From Candidatus Micrarchaeota archaeon (GTDB lineage Archaea; Micrarchaeota; Micrarchaeia; Micrarchaeales; CABMGC01), in NCBI GenBank assembly GCA_021791245.1, contig JAJYWY010000003.1:1-62446 (forward strand): a stretch of DNA of 62,446 nucleotides, read 5' to 3'. Below the pieces are notes generated by a model, which was not told the DNA's origin, did no database searches, and saw only the letters and a program-made list of their open reading frames with translations. Of the stretch, positions 8,816 through 17,935 are shown piece by piece. The translations under genes were made by a program, and so were the position numbers. The stretch's first letter is position 1. Each line of letters starts with the position of its first letter.

Positions 8816-9865
8816 TCAGCTGCCGTTTGTGCTAGTGCCGTTATAAACAGCCTGGAATTCGCACGAATATTGCACGGATGCATTATTTATCAGTTTGCAG
8901 ATGGAGAAATTTCCCTTATTTAAGGCTATATTGGAATAGCATTGGTAGGATAACTGCTCCGGAAGATTTCCGCATGCCGAAACATTTCCTGAAGAGACTG
9001 CATTGGACAGGGATATGAAGTAGCTGCAGTATGCATTACCTGCACATGTGGAATTTCGCTGCGTACTATTGTATTCCTGTGAGGCATTATACGTAAACTG
9101 CTGATAGCACACGCCAGCAATATACTGATTGCTTATGCCTGCACAATATGTGTAGTTTTTCTGCTTTATGGCAGCCACCGCCAAGCAGAAGTCCTTGCTT
9201 GATATGCTGCTGTTCAGGCTAACTTCCTCGACAAGGGCTTCTGATTCATTAATTGTAAATCCTGACAATATCATGCCAATGTCTACGTTAGCCATCGTGC
9301 CTTCAAGGTATGAGCATCCTGCAGGAGATGCAGATTCGATGGCATTTCCAATGGCAACCGTGTTTATGCACTCTTCCTTTTGGGTCCCGTTGCTCAGGGA
9401 ATAGCACATAGATGCATTGCGTGCAGGATAAGAGATGCCCAGCACGCACGCAAGCCTGTCCTGCGGAAGCGAGCCCGAGCATAGCTTATAATTATTTGTT
9501 GCGTTTGCAACGTACAGGAAACATGAGCTTCCATAGCTTTCGTTTGCAGCTGCGGAAGATGCGCACAGGCTCGAATTGAGCGTGCTTTCGGCTATTGCGG
9601 AATAGCATTCAGATGACATCAGCGGCGGAAGAGGTCCGCACATCTGGGGGGAGTTGGATGCAAGCGCGGCAGAATATATGCAGTCATATCTGCTCCCCTG
9701 CAGAATTATGTAATTGCACGAACCTGAAGCGTTCGCAAGGGCAGCTATGTAGAAGAGAAGCGCGGCTGCGGCGAGTGCAATCAACGCATAAAAGTACTTC
9801 TTTGTATTGCGGAACTTCTGTGCAGCTATGCTTTCCTCATCGTGCAATGACATTCCAAGAACCAT
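8816..9865 (-). CDS. Membrane-anchored cysteine-rich repeat surface protein
   Basis: N-terminal TM segment, recurring C-x-x-x-x-A...N-x-x-x-C units, many N-x-S/T sequons. Confidence 0.75.
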   Translation of the reverse strand: MVLGMSLHDEESIAAQKFRNTKKYFYALIALAAAALLFYIAALANASGSCNYIILQGSRYDCIYSAALASNSPQMCGPLPPLMSSECYSAIAESTLNSSLCASSAAANESYGSSCFLYVANATNNYKLCSGSLPQDRLACVLGISYPARNASMCYSLSNGTQKEECINTVAIGNAIESASPAGCSYLEGTMANVDIGMILSGFTINESEALVEEVSLNSSISSKDFCLAVAAIKQKNYTYCAGISNQYIAGVCYQQFTYNASQEYNSTQRNSTCAGNAYCSYFISLSNAVSSGNVSACGNLPEQLSYQCYSNIALNKGNFSICKLINNASVQYSCEFQAVYNGTSTNGS

Positions 9866-10587
9866 TACATTATCTCCTGCGCCGAAAGAACGTTTATGCC
9901 ATCATCTATTATCTCGTAAGGCGCAGCTTCGAAACTGTGCTTTGACCCACGCATCTTTATCACTTCCATTGTCAGCAGCCGCTTGCTATCCAATCCTTTC
10001 TGGTACATTGTTATTATACCGTCGAATATGAAGTACTCCGGGGTAAAATGAAGGTTGCTCTGCTCAAGGCTGTGCAGATCCGCAGTCATTATTGAAGTAA
10101 GGCCAAGCCTCCTTAGGTTGGACAGGAGCGCTATCATGGCTTTCCTGTATGAAAGTTCGTTGTTGATCATTATCTTAAGCAAGGATATGGAATCTATCAC
10201 TATCCTATTGGCCTTTGCTGAAGTTGTTATGTATTCTATCTCAGAGACTAATTTTCCAAACTGGTAGTCAGACTGGTCACCTGCTGCGGATATTCCAGCA
10301 GTGGTTTCATCGCCCACTATTGATATTTTCTTCTCGATGAGCAATTGGTCTATATCGCTGAGCTTCGGGAATGCAAGCTTAAAATCTGTTATCACTCTTT
10401 CCGGTTCCTCGTCAAATGCGAAGAACACGCAGTTGTTGCCAAGTTTGGCGTTGTTGTATAGGAATTCGAATGATAGCAGTGTCTTCCCCGTTCCTGGCCC
10501 TCCTCCAAGTATTACCTGGCTTCCTAAAGGTATGCCGCCATACAGCATCGCGTCAAGCCCTTTTATGCCAAACTTTACTTTTTCCAT
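9865..10587 (-). CDS. KaiC/RAD55-family RecA-superfamily ATPase (single domain)
   Basis: GIKGLDAMLYGGIP, Walker A GGPGTGKT, RIVIDSI, VIKMRGS. Confidence 0.9.
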   Translation of the reverse strand: MEKVKFGIKGLDAMLYGGIPLGSQVILGGGPGTGKTLLSFEFLYNNAKLGNNCVFFAFDEEPERVITDFKLAFPKLSDIDQLLIEKKISIVGDETTAGISAAGDQSDYQFGKLVSEIEYITTSAKANRIVIDSISLLKIMINNELSYRKAMIALLSNLRRLGLTSIMTADLHSLEQSNLHFTPEYFIFDGIITMYQKGLDSKRLLTMEVIKMRGSKHSFEAAPYEIIDDGINVLSAQEIM

Positions 10588-10664
10588 CTAAAGCAACGGA
10601 TAAAGGATGCATAAAAGGATATATAATTATTATCAGGATTAATCATACGTAAATAAGTGGTTCT

Positions 10665-11378
10665 ATGAATAAAAGTCTAGCCAAGAAAGGACTTATAGTC
10701 CTTGCAGCTTCTATAATTCTCTTCGTAATAATAAGCATGTCTATCACGTCATCTCCGTATGGGCAGATCCCGTCGAACGTGTCGCTTGGGCACGGCAAAT
10801 ACTATTACGTACCGCTTATAGTGAACAATTCGCAGATAGTGACGATCTTTTTCCAATCCACAAATTCCACAACATTCCTTCTTCTCAATTCAAGCGGTTT
10901 CAGCAGGCTAAGCTCTGCATACAACAGCACTGGCACATTTCCCAGGTTCAAATCGCTTGAAGGATTAGGATTGATAGAAGGGCTTTCCAATACAACATCA
11001 GGCTCATTCCCTTATATTAATTCTTCAACTTCATCATCATACTTTAACAAAAACATGAGCCTGCTCCAAAATGGCAGCTACTATGCGATATTCTACAATC
11101 CATCGCAATCTACAAACGAAGTGTATTATATATTTAGCAAAAATTCAGAGACCTTGCTCTTTCTTCAGGGAATAGGCTCAATATTTACGATACTGCTGTT
11201 TGCCGCAGGCGTAATAATCATAATATATGCACTGATAAAGGGACCTGGAAAACTGCAGAGCAATCAGGAAGACCAGAAAAGAGCCCTTATAGAAGCAGAA
11301 TACAGCAAGATAGAGAAGGGTGGCAAAAAGGGAACCAAGCAAGGAAATGGGAAGACAGGGAAGAATAATCAGGATTAA
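10665..11378 (+). CDS. Hypothetical membrane protein (two TM segments flanking an extracellular domain)
   Basis: N- and C-terminal hydrophobic segments, Ser/Asn-rich middle. Confidence 0.7.
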   Translation: MNKSLAKKGLIVLAASIILFVIISMSITSSPYGQIPSNVSLGHGKYYYVPLIVNNSQIVTIFFQSTNSTTFLLLNSSGFSRLSSAYNSTGTFPRFKSLEGLGLIEGLSNTTSGSFPYINSSTSSSYFNKNMSLLQNGSYYAIFYNPSQSTNEVYYIFSKNSETLLFLQGIGSIFTILLFAAGVIIIIYALIKGPGKLQSNQEDQKRALIEAEYSKIEKGGKKGTKQGNGKTGKNNQD

Positions 11379-11384
11379 GTACTG

Positions 11385-12086
11385 GTGCAACATATGGACA
11401 CACTCGAAGAGAGAATAGCAGGAGAAATAGCGCTTTCCGAAAGCCCTGGCAGCGTGATGAAGAAGTGGCGCGAACTTTTCGGCATATCTCAGACGGAACT
11501 TGCGCAGTACATAAAAATATCTGCGTCTACAATAAGCGACTATGAAGGGAACAGGAGGACAAGTCCAGGAGTGAATGTGATAAGGAGGTTCGTGACAGCC
11601 CTTGTCGAGATAGACAACTCTAAAGGGGGAGAGGTTATAAGGAATCTGGAGAAAATGAAGCCTTCAAAAGACGACGAGGATAAGTTCTACCTTCTCAAGG
11701 ACTTCTCAATGCCGATAAGCGGCACGGACTTCGCGCGGATAATAGAGGCTAAAATAGCGGCTAACCCGAATTATCTCGATTCGATAAAGATCTTCGGATA
11801 TACCCTAATAGACAGCATCAGGCTTATACTGGAAGTGGCGCCAGGCGAATACCCGAAGCTCTTCGGTTCTACTTCGGAGCGCGCTTTCATATTCGATCAG
11901 GTCTCCACAGGGAGGTCCCCGATGGTGGTAATAAGAGTTGCCCCAATAAAGCCAAGGATAGTTGTCATAAGGAACATAGATTCGATGGACAAGCTTGCCA
12001 TAAAGATAGCGCAGATAGAGAAGATACCGATACTTACTACAAAGCTCAGCATAGAGGAGTTGAAGTCAAGGCTTAACAACATATGA
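11385..12086 (+). CDS. Archaeal XRE-type HTH transcriptional regulator (COG1709-like)
   Basis: IAGEIALS..PG..MKKWRE.FGISQ.ELA, SDYEGNRR.SPG, STGRSPMV. Confidence 0.85.
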   Translation: MQHMDTLEERIAGEIALSESPGSVMKKWRELFGISQTELAQYIKISASTISDYEGNRRTSPGVNVIRRFVTALVEIDNSKGGEVIRNLEKMKPSKDDEDKFYLLKDFSMPISGTDFARIIEAKIAANPNYLDSIKIFGYTLIDSIRLILEVAPGEYPKLFGSTSERAFIFDQVSTGRSPMVVIRVAPIKPRIVVIRNIDSMDKLAIKIAQIEKIPILTTKLSIEELKSRLNNI

Positions 12087-12161
12087 GATGCGCGGATGCA
12101 CATCAAGATTTTATATATTATCATGCAGTTGTATTCATTAAAATTCACCCAGCGTATTTGA

Positions 12162-13124
12162 ATGGACAAGGGGAAGGCAAAAACATGTTTCGTTACAGGT
12201 GGCAACGGCAAGCTAGGCCAGAGGCTGATAAAGGAGCTCTTAGCGAAAGGATTCAAAGTAAAGGCGCTTGTGAAGAGCAATGACAGGGTCGTATCCCTTC
12301 CTGCCGGAGTCATACCTTACATAGGGGATATTTCTGACAGGCATGTACTCGAAGATGCATGCAAGAATACAAACTATGTCTTCCATCTTGCTGCCATAGT
12401 AAGCCAGAACAAGAAGTTCACATCAGAGATAATCAGCGTTAACGTGGAAGGGACAAGGAATATCCTTGAAGCTGCGGAAAAGGCGGGCGCTGACAGGTTC
12501 GTGTATCCGAGCAGCATTGACGTGTACGGGATAAAGAGAAAGGAAATGCTAACAGAGGAGAGCAGGCCAAAGACAGAGGATAGGTATGGATATAGCAAAC
12601 TGCTCGCAGAGAAGGAGATATCAAAGTTCACAGCGTCGCTTCCATCGACCATACTAAGGCTCTCTACAATATACGGCACAGGGTTTGAGAAATCGTTCTT
12701 CAAGGTATTCGATGCCATAAGCAAAGGCAAGATGTATATAATAGGAAGCGGCAAGAACAATCTTGCCATAGTACATGAGAATGATGCTGCGAATGCGCTC
12801 CTGCTTGCTGCTGAGAAGACTCCGGACAGGACAAGCGAAATATTCAACATAACTGACGGAGCTATGCATACGCAGCAGTCGTTGATAAACATGGCTGCTG
12901 ATTTGCTCGGCGTGGAGAGGCCCATGAAGCATCTCAATGAATTCATGGTTAAAATAATAGCGAAGACCAGGGATCTTGACGTTGATGAGCTGCGCTTTCT
13001 AACTAGCAACAGGCAAGTTAGCATAGACAAGGCAAAGCGCATTTTAGGATATTCCCCAAAGGTAAGCGTTGAGAAAGGGGGCAAGGAACTTGTTGAGGAG
13101 TTCCTAAAAGTTTCCAAGCAGTGA
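12162..13124 (+). CDS. NAD-dependent epimerase/dehydratase (extended SDR)
   Basis: VTGGNGKLG, VFHLAA, YGYSK. Confidence 0.9.
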   Translation: MDKGKAKTCFVTGGNGKLGQRLIKELLAKGFKVKALVKSNDRVVSLPAGVIPYIGDISDRHVLEDACKNTNYVFHLAAIVSQNKKFTSEIISVNVEGTRNILEAAEKAGADRFVYPSSIDVYGIKRKEMLTEESRPKTEDRYGYSKLLAEKEISKFTASLPSTILRLSTIYGTGFEKSFFKVFDAISKGKMYIIGSGKNNLAIVHENDAANALLLAAEKTPDRTSEIFNITDGAMHTQQSLINMAADLLGVERPMKHLNEFMVKIIAKTRDLDVDELRFLTSNRQVSIDKAKRILGYSPKVSVEKGGKELVEEFLKVSKQ

Positions 13125-13131
13125 TGCGCGC

Positions 13132-13767
13132 ATGGAGCAGGAGCAAAAAAGCATAGAATCGATTCCGCAACATATCCAGAAGGAGGCAAACGCTTTCCTC
13201 GCTTCTATAAAGAACGTGGATTTCTTCAAGCACGATAATGCTCCAAAGAAGGAATGGAAACTGTTTTATGGTGAAGATTGGAGCAAAGCTTTCGATGCTG
13301 CCAGAAATGCGATCGCGAAAGAGATGCTGATGGAAACTGCTTCCATAATAAAAAGGCAGGAGGAAGATCCAAATGCAAAGCCAGGAGTAATACACATGCC
13401 GAATACTTCAAGGGCAGTTGCAGATAGAACAGTGGCGCACGCGCTTAATGAAGTCGGCATTGGGGATGCGGCAGGTGCGTTGGATGCAAAAGTGATAAAG
13501 GCTACATTGGCGCAAGTTTCAAAGGCGATGAAGAACGAAAAGATTGAACTTCCAAAAGAAGTTGCAACATACGCATCTCTGGATTTTGCCCTTAATGCGG
13601 CATACATCATGGCAGGAGATAAGATACCGAAGGATGACGCAAACAGGAAGAACGCAGAGGCATTTTTGGAAGTCTGGAAAAAAGGCTACGCATTGTTCTG
13701 CGACTATAACGGAACGCTTTATGTTTACGCGCCTGCGCCAAAATCGCTTTTGGAAGCGAGGAGATAA
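13132..13767 (+). CDS. Hypothetical protein
   Basis: 211-aa ORF with coding-like composition; its C-terminal VWKKGYALFCDY is duplicated just downstream. Confidence 0.75.
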   Translation: MEQEQKSIESIPQHIQKEANAFLASIKNVDFFKHDNAPKKEWKLFYGEDWSKAFDAARNAIAKEMLMETASIIKRQEEDPNAKPGVIHMPNTSRAVADRTVAHALNEVGIGDAAGALDAKVIKATLAQVSKAMKNEKIELPKEVATYASLDFALNAAYIMAGDKIPKDDANRKNAEAFLEVWKKGYALFCDYNGTLYVYAPAPKSLLEARR

Positions 13768-13780
13768 ATCCCATAAACGC

Positions 13781-14035
13781 ATGGTTCAATGGATACGAAA
13801 TTTAACGTTTGGTTATATCCTAACCCACGATGCAGAATCCTTTTCAGATCAGTATAAGGAAAATGTCGGGAAGTTCTGGGTGGTCTAGAAAAAGGGCTAT
13901 GCGCTGTTTTATGATTACAGGAATTCTATATATGCGCTAGGCTTGAAATCCGAAGGAAACTCCAAGAATGCACAAAAGACCCCAGAGCACGCAAATACCA
14001 ATACCTCTCCTACCCTTGCAGAAGTAAAGAGATAA
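13781..14035 (+). pseudogene. Degenerate paralogous fragment of the C-terminus of 13132-13767
   Basis: GYILTHD...ENVGKFWVV*KKGYALFYDYRNSIYA aligns with AYIMAGD...KNAEAFLEVWKKGYALFCDYNGTLYV; TAG at 13886 replaces Trp. Confidence 0.7.
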
Positions 14036-14065
14036 AAACTGTTATTGAGATTCTATACCGATTTG

Positions 14066-14863
14066 ATGAAAGCCGGAAAAACAGAGAAATATATTTACGA
14101 AACCTTGGACACGAAAGGTGCAATGCTCTTCTCGCTCATAGATCCTGTGGACTACAAGACTCCGGACGAGGCAGTCGCATCCGCAGTGGCGTCAGTGGAG
14201 CATGGGGCCGACCTTATACTTGTTGGAGGGAGCATAGGCGCGCAAGGAGAACTTCTCGACTACGTGTCGAAAAGGGTAAAGGATAATATAGGAGGAACGC
14301 CGCTAGTCCTCTTCCCGGGGAACATAGCGACTCTTACAAGGTATGCCGATGCTGTCTACTTCATGTCCCTGCTCAACGCAAGGAACCCTTACTGGATAAT
14401 ACAGGCCCAGATGCTGTCTGCACCTATAATAAAGCATCTGAAATTAGAACCTCTTCCGGTTGGCTATATAGTCGTACATCCTGGAGGAACAGTAGGATGG
14501 GTAGGCGACGCGAATATGGTGCCAAGGGAAAAGCCAAAGATAGCTTCGGCCCTTGCAACAGCAGGGGAGTTCCTTGGAAACAGGCTCATCATAACAGATG
14601 CTGGCTCGAATCCTGCAATGCAGGGCTCGGGGCCAATCCCTCCAGATATAATAAGAGAGGTAAAGAGCGCCATAACTGTGCCTTACGTTGTCGCCGGCGG
14701 AATAACGGACAACGATAAGCTTAGGCTTGCGTATAAATCTGGGGCGGACATAGTGCAGATTGGCACTGCTATCGAAACTGCAGGCAACGTGAAGAGCGTG
14801 ATAGAGAGCTTCTCAAAGATAGCTAAGGAGGAAGGAGCCAGGAAGAGGAGGCAAACAAAATGA
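14066..14863 (+). CDS. Geranylgeranylglyceryl phosphate (GGGP) synthase family
   Basis: SLIDP, DLILVGGS, LFPGN, DAVYFMSLLNARNPYWII.AQ, DAGS, AGGI. Confidence 0.92.
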   Translation: MKAGKTEKYIYETLDTKGAMLFSLIDPVDYKTPDEAVASAVASVEHGADLILVGGSIGAQGELLDYVSKRVKDNIGGTPLVLFPGNIATLTRYADAVYFMSLLNARNPYWIIQAQMLSAPIIKHLKLEPLPVGYIVVHPGGTVGWVGDANMVPREKPKIASALATAGEFLGNRLIITDAGSNPAMQGSGPIPPDIIREVKSAITVPYVVAGGITDNDKLRLAYKSGADIVQIGTAIETAGNVKSVIESFSKIAKEEGARKRRQTK

Positions 14864-15984
14864 GAGAGATTGCCTCCCTTGAGCTAGGCGCAATTGCAAA
14901 AGAGCTTGTGCAGACAGAGGGAATGTTCATAAGAAAGTTCCAGGAGATTGGGGAGAACGAGTTCCAGATACACCTTTCCTCAAGCTCCATAGTAAAGAGA
15001 CTGATTTACATAAACCTTCTCAAATCCATAAACTTGACAGAATACGAGGAAAAAGTTGAGAGAAAAACAGGCTTTGCAACAGAAGTCATGCGGATTGTTG
15101 AAGGGGCAAAGGTAACTGGAATAGAGCAGCACTTCATGGACAGGATACTAATTATGAAACTAAGGGCAAGGCATGATATGGAATATGAAATAGTGGTTGA
15201 GATGTTCGGCAAGGGGAACATAATGCTCCTTCACGGAGGCTCCATTATCAGCGTGTACAAAACAATCCATCAGAAGGACAGGCTCATTGCGAGAAAATCG
15301 CAATATTCATTCCCTGAAGGCACGAACATGGATCTAGATTCGATAGATGAAAGATACATAAGCGATTCAATAGAGAAGATAAGTAATGATGAGGACAGGC
15401 TGATAAAATCATTTCTAAGGCATTTCGATTTCGGTCCTCTTTACGCAGAGGATACGATAATCAAGGCAGGTCTATCACCAAAAGAAACCGCAAGCAAGGC
15501 CATTGCCTCTGCTATTGCAAAGGAGAAATTGACTAAGGAAGTGCATAGGCTCGTATCAGAAGTGAAGGCGCAGCCTTCCCCAAGAATATATGCGGATGTA
15601 TCAGGGGCATACATAGATTACTCGATCTCTGACATAGGCAAATACGACGATTATAAGCCGCTTGGCTTTGATTCGCTTAGCAAGGCGCTGGACGAGTTCT
15701 TCAGGCAGAAAAGAGAAGAGCCAGAAGAGGATATAGGGTACATGGAGCTTGCGGCAAGCATAGAAAAGCAGAAGTCATTGCTCAATGAATACGAAACCGA
15801 GATAATAGGATACAAAGAGAGGGGTGACGCAATATTCAGGCATATGCACGGGATAAACAGGCTGATAGAATTTGCAAGAGGCAGGAAGAAGCCAGATCTT
15901 GATGAACTGAGAAGCAGTTTTCCAGAACTGAATGTAAAATCCATAGACCTTAAGAAGAAAGTAATATCTATTGATATAGAGTAA
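14860..15984 (+). CDS. rqcH: NFACT/RqcH (Rqc2) protein, N-terminal half only
   Basis: IEQHFMDRIL, IVVEMFGKGNIML, FGPLYAEDTI, FDSLSKALDEFF; no NFACT-R domain. Confidence 0.8.
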   Translation: MREIASLELGAIAKELVQTEGMFIRKFQEIGENEFQIHLSSSSIVKRLIYINLLKSINLTEYEEKVERKTGFATEVMRIVEGAKVTGIEQHFMDRILIMKLRARHDMEYEIVVEMFGKGNIMLLHGGSIISVYKTIHQKDRLIARKSQYSFPEGTNMDLDSIDERYISDSIEKISNDEDRLIKSFLRHFDFGPLYAEDTIIKAGLSPKETASKAIASAIAKEKLTKEVHRLVSEVKAQPSPRIYADVSGAYIDYSISDIGKYDDYKPLGFDSLSKALDEFFRQKREEPEEDIGYMELAASIEKQKSLLNEYETEIIGYKERGDAIFRHMHGINRLIEFARGRKKPDLDELRSSFPELNVKSIDLKKKVISIDIE

Positions 15985-16032
15985 TTAGCGTAATAAAACA
16001 CAATAATAATTTAGTACAATTTAGGTGATAAT

Positions 16033-16923
16033 GCGGAGATAACGTTTCTTGGCACATCTGGCGCTACGCCAACAAAAGAAAGGATGATGCCCAGCGTTGC
16101 GCTTGCATACGATGGCTCGATATACCTCTTCGACTGCGGCGAGGGGACGCAGATGCAGATGATGAAGTTCGGCATTAACTTCTCTAAGGTTCAGGCAATA
16201 TTCATATCGCACATGCACGGGGATCATGTCATAGGAATGCCAGGCCTCCTTAGGACAATGGCGATCAACGGAAGGAAAGAGCGGCTTTCAATATACGTCC
16301 CAAAAGGCGAAGAAAAGAGGGCAAGATCCTTAATTTTCTTTGACAGTGCGATGATAAAATATAATGTAGAGATAAAAGGAATTAGGGGAGGAACCGTTTA
16401 CAGAGGCAAAAGATTCTCCATTTCATCATTCAAGCTTGTACATTCTGCGAAAACATACGGCTATGTATTTGAGGAAAGCGAAAAGACGAGGTTCATAAAA
16501 GAGAAATGCGAGAGGTTAGGCATAAAGGGAGAGATGTTCAGGTTCATTAGCGAAAAAGGGAAGATAAATGCAAATGGAAGGGTAATAGGGCTAGGAAGCG
16601 TATCGAGAAAGGAGAAAGGGAAGAAAATAGTGTATGCAACTGACACGCGGCCCTGCAAAAACACCGAGATCGCCGCAAGAGGTGCCGACGTACTTATACA
16701 CGAAGCCAATTATGCTGATGGGGAGAAAGAGTTTGCAGTAGAAAGAAAGCATTCCACGTCTGTCGAAGCTGCCAAAATTGCCAAAACAGCAAAGGCGAAG
16801 ATGCTTGTAATTACGCACATAAGCGCAAGATACAGGAATGCGCAGAAGCTTCTTGATGAAGCCAGGCACATATTCAAGAACTCGGAAGTTGCGCACGACG
16901 GCTATATTTTAAAGCTTGATTGA
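16033..16923 (+). CDS. rnz: Ribonuclease Z
   Basis: EITFLGTSGATPTKER, FDCGEGTQ, ISHMHGDH, DTRP, HEA, HISARY; conserved N-terminus lies upstream of the first in-frame ATG (16084). Confidence 0.93.
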   Translation, partial: AEITFLGTSGATPTKERMMPSVALAYDGSIYLFDCGEGTQMQMMKFGINFSKVQAIFISHMHGDHVIGMPGLLRTMAINGRKERLSIYVPKGEEKRARSLIFFDSAMIKYNVEIKGIRGGTVYRGKRFSISSFKLVHSAKTYGYVFEESEKTRFIKEKCERLGIKGEMFRFISEKGKINANGRVIGLGSVSRKEKGKKIVYATDTRPCKNTEIAARGADVLIHEANYADGEKEFAVERKHSTSVEAAKIAKTAKAKMLVITHISARYRNAQKLLDEARHIFKNSEVAHDGYILKLD

Positions 16924-16958
16924 GTAAATTAGCAAAATAACAAAACGCAGAAATCAAA

Positions 16959-17029
16959 GGAGGCATAGTCTAGTGGCAGGATAGCAGATTGACATTCTGC
17001 AGACAGGAGTTCGATTCTCCTTGCCTCCA
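16959..17029 (+). tRNA. tRNA-Val(GAC)
   Basis: Acceptor GGAGGCA/TGCCTCC, anticodon arm GCAGA-TTGACAT-TCTGC, T arm AGGAG-TTCGATT-CTCCT. Confidence 0.95.
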
Positions 17030-17256
17030 TCGCGCTTTGAGTTAGGCTCATCTACAGAAGATGCAACACAGCAACAATTCTATTCGTTGTGACCAATTAC
17101 TAGTAAACGCTACAAAAACTAATCATTACGTGAGGCACTTGATGCTATTCTCCGCTCTTTTATATACTTCCAATATCCCGACGCATTTAACCTGCCATAA
17201 TAGCTTAACCTTTTTATATATATCTGTTGCACTTAATAGTGAAAATGTGTGATAAA

Positions 17257-17817
17257 ATGACGTTACATGCCAAAACACGGAAAGCACAAAGCGCAATGGA
17301 GTACTTGATGACATACGGTTGGGCTATATTGATCATAGCCGTAGTGTTGGGAGTCCTCTTCAACATAGGTGTATTCAATGGTGCAGGAGCTCTTGGAACA
17401 TCATGTGTAGCATATTCTGGATTCTTATGCTCATCGCCAATACTAAGCCATACTACAGGAAACTTGATAGTGACAATAGGCCAGAATACAGGCACAAACT
17501 GGGCTTCTGCAAATATAGTGTTCGTGCCGCAGGGAAGCACAACATCAGGAGGAGTGCCACAGGTTAGCAGCGACCCACAGATTTCAAGCTTCAATTCAAT
17601 GAACACTTTTAATGGCGGTTCTGTTGGAGGCGCAGCAAATGTTCTAGGTTCATTCAACTCAGGCCAAAGCCAATCTGTAACTCTTGTAACCGGACAAAAC
17701 TCAGGGATAAATACAGGTACGTTGGTATCTGGAGCAATCTGGGCTGCATACACAGTCTCTGGATCGTCAAGCGTATATTACGTCCAGATGGCAACTGCAA
17801 ACCTGAAGGCAGTATAA
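17257..17817 (+). CDS. Class III signal peptide (type IV pilin-like) protein
   Basis: RKAQ-SAMEYLMTYGWAILII followed by a hydrophobic helix; S/T/G/N-rich body. Confidence 0.85.
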   Translation: MTLHAKTRKAQSAMEYLMTYGWAILIIAVVLGVLFNIGVFNGAGALGTSCVAYSGFLCSSPILSHTTGNLIVTIGQNTGTNWASANIVFVPQGSTTSGGVPQVSSDPQISSFNSMNTFNGGSVGGAANVLGSFNSGQSQSVTLVTGQNSGINTGTLVSGAIWAAYTVSGSSSVYYVQMATANLKAV

Positions 17818-17823
17818 TCCTGC

Positions 17824-17858
17824 CTTCTTTTTCTTTTTTTTATTGTTATTTTTGTTTA
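17824..17858 (+). terminator. Oligo-T tract, probable archaeal intrinsic terminator
   Basis: CTTCTTTTTCTTTTTTTTATTGTTATTTTTGTT directly after the pilin-like stop codon. Confidence 0.55.
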
Positions 17859-17935
17859 TCTAATACTCATTTTATCCATCTATCCATCTTCAGAGTCAAT
17901 ATTCCGTGGATATATATTGACAGAAATCTATGGAT

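Noticed and set aside
12374..13189. Long antisense ORFs (this one, and e.g. 28436-28903, 42847-43374, 53221-53814, 61165-62217)
   Set aside because: Shadow frames of well-supported genes on the opposite strand, with Ser/Leu/Phe-rich non-coding-like composition
13886..13888. Pyrrolysine or amber read-through at the in-frame TAG
   Set aside because: The TAG aligns with TGG (Trp) in the paralog, no pyl genes are in the window, and TAG is used as a normal stop elsewhere
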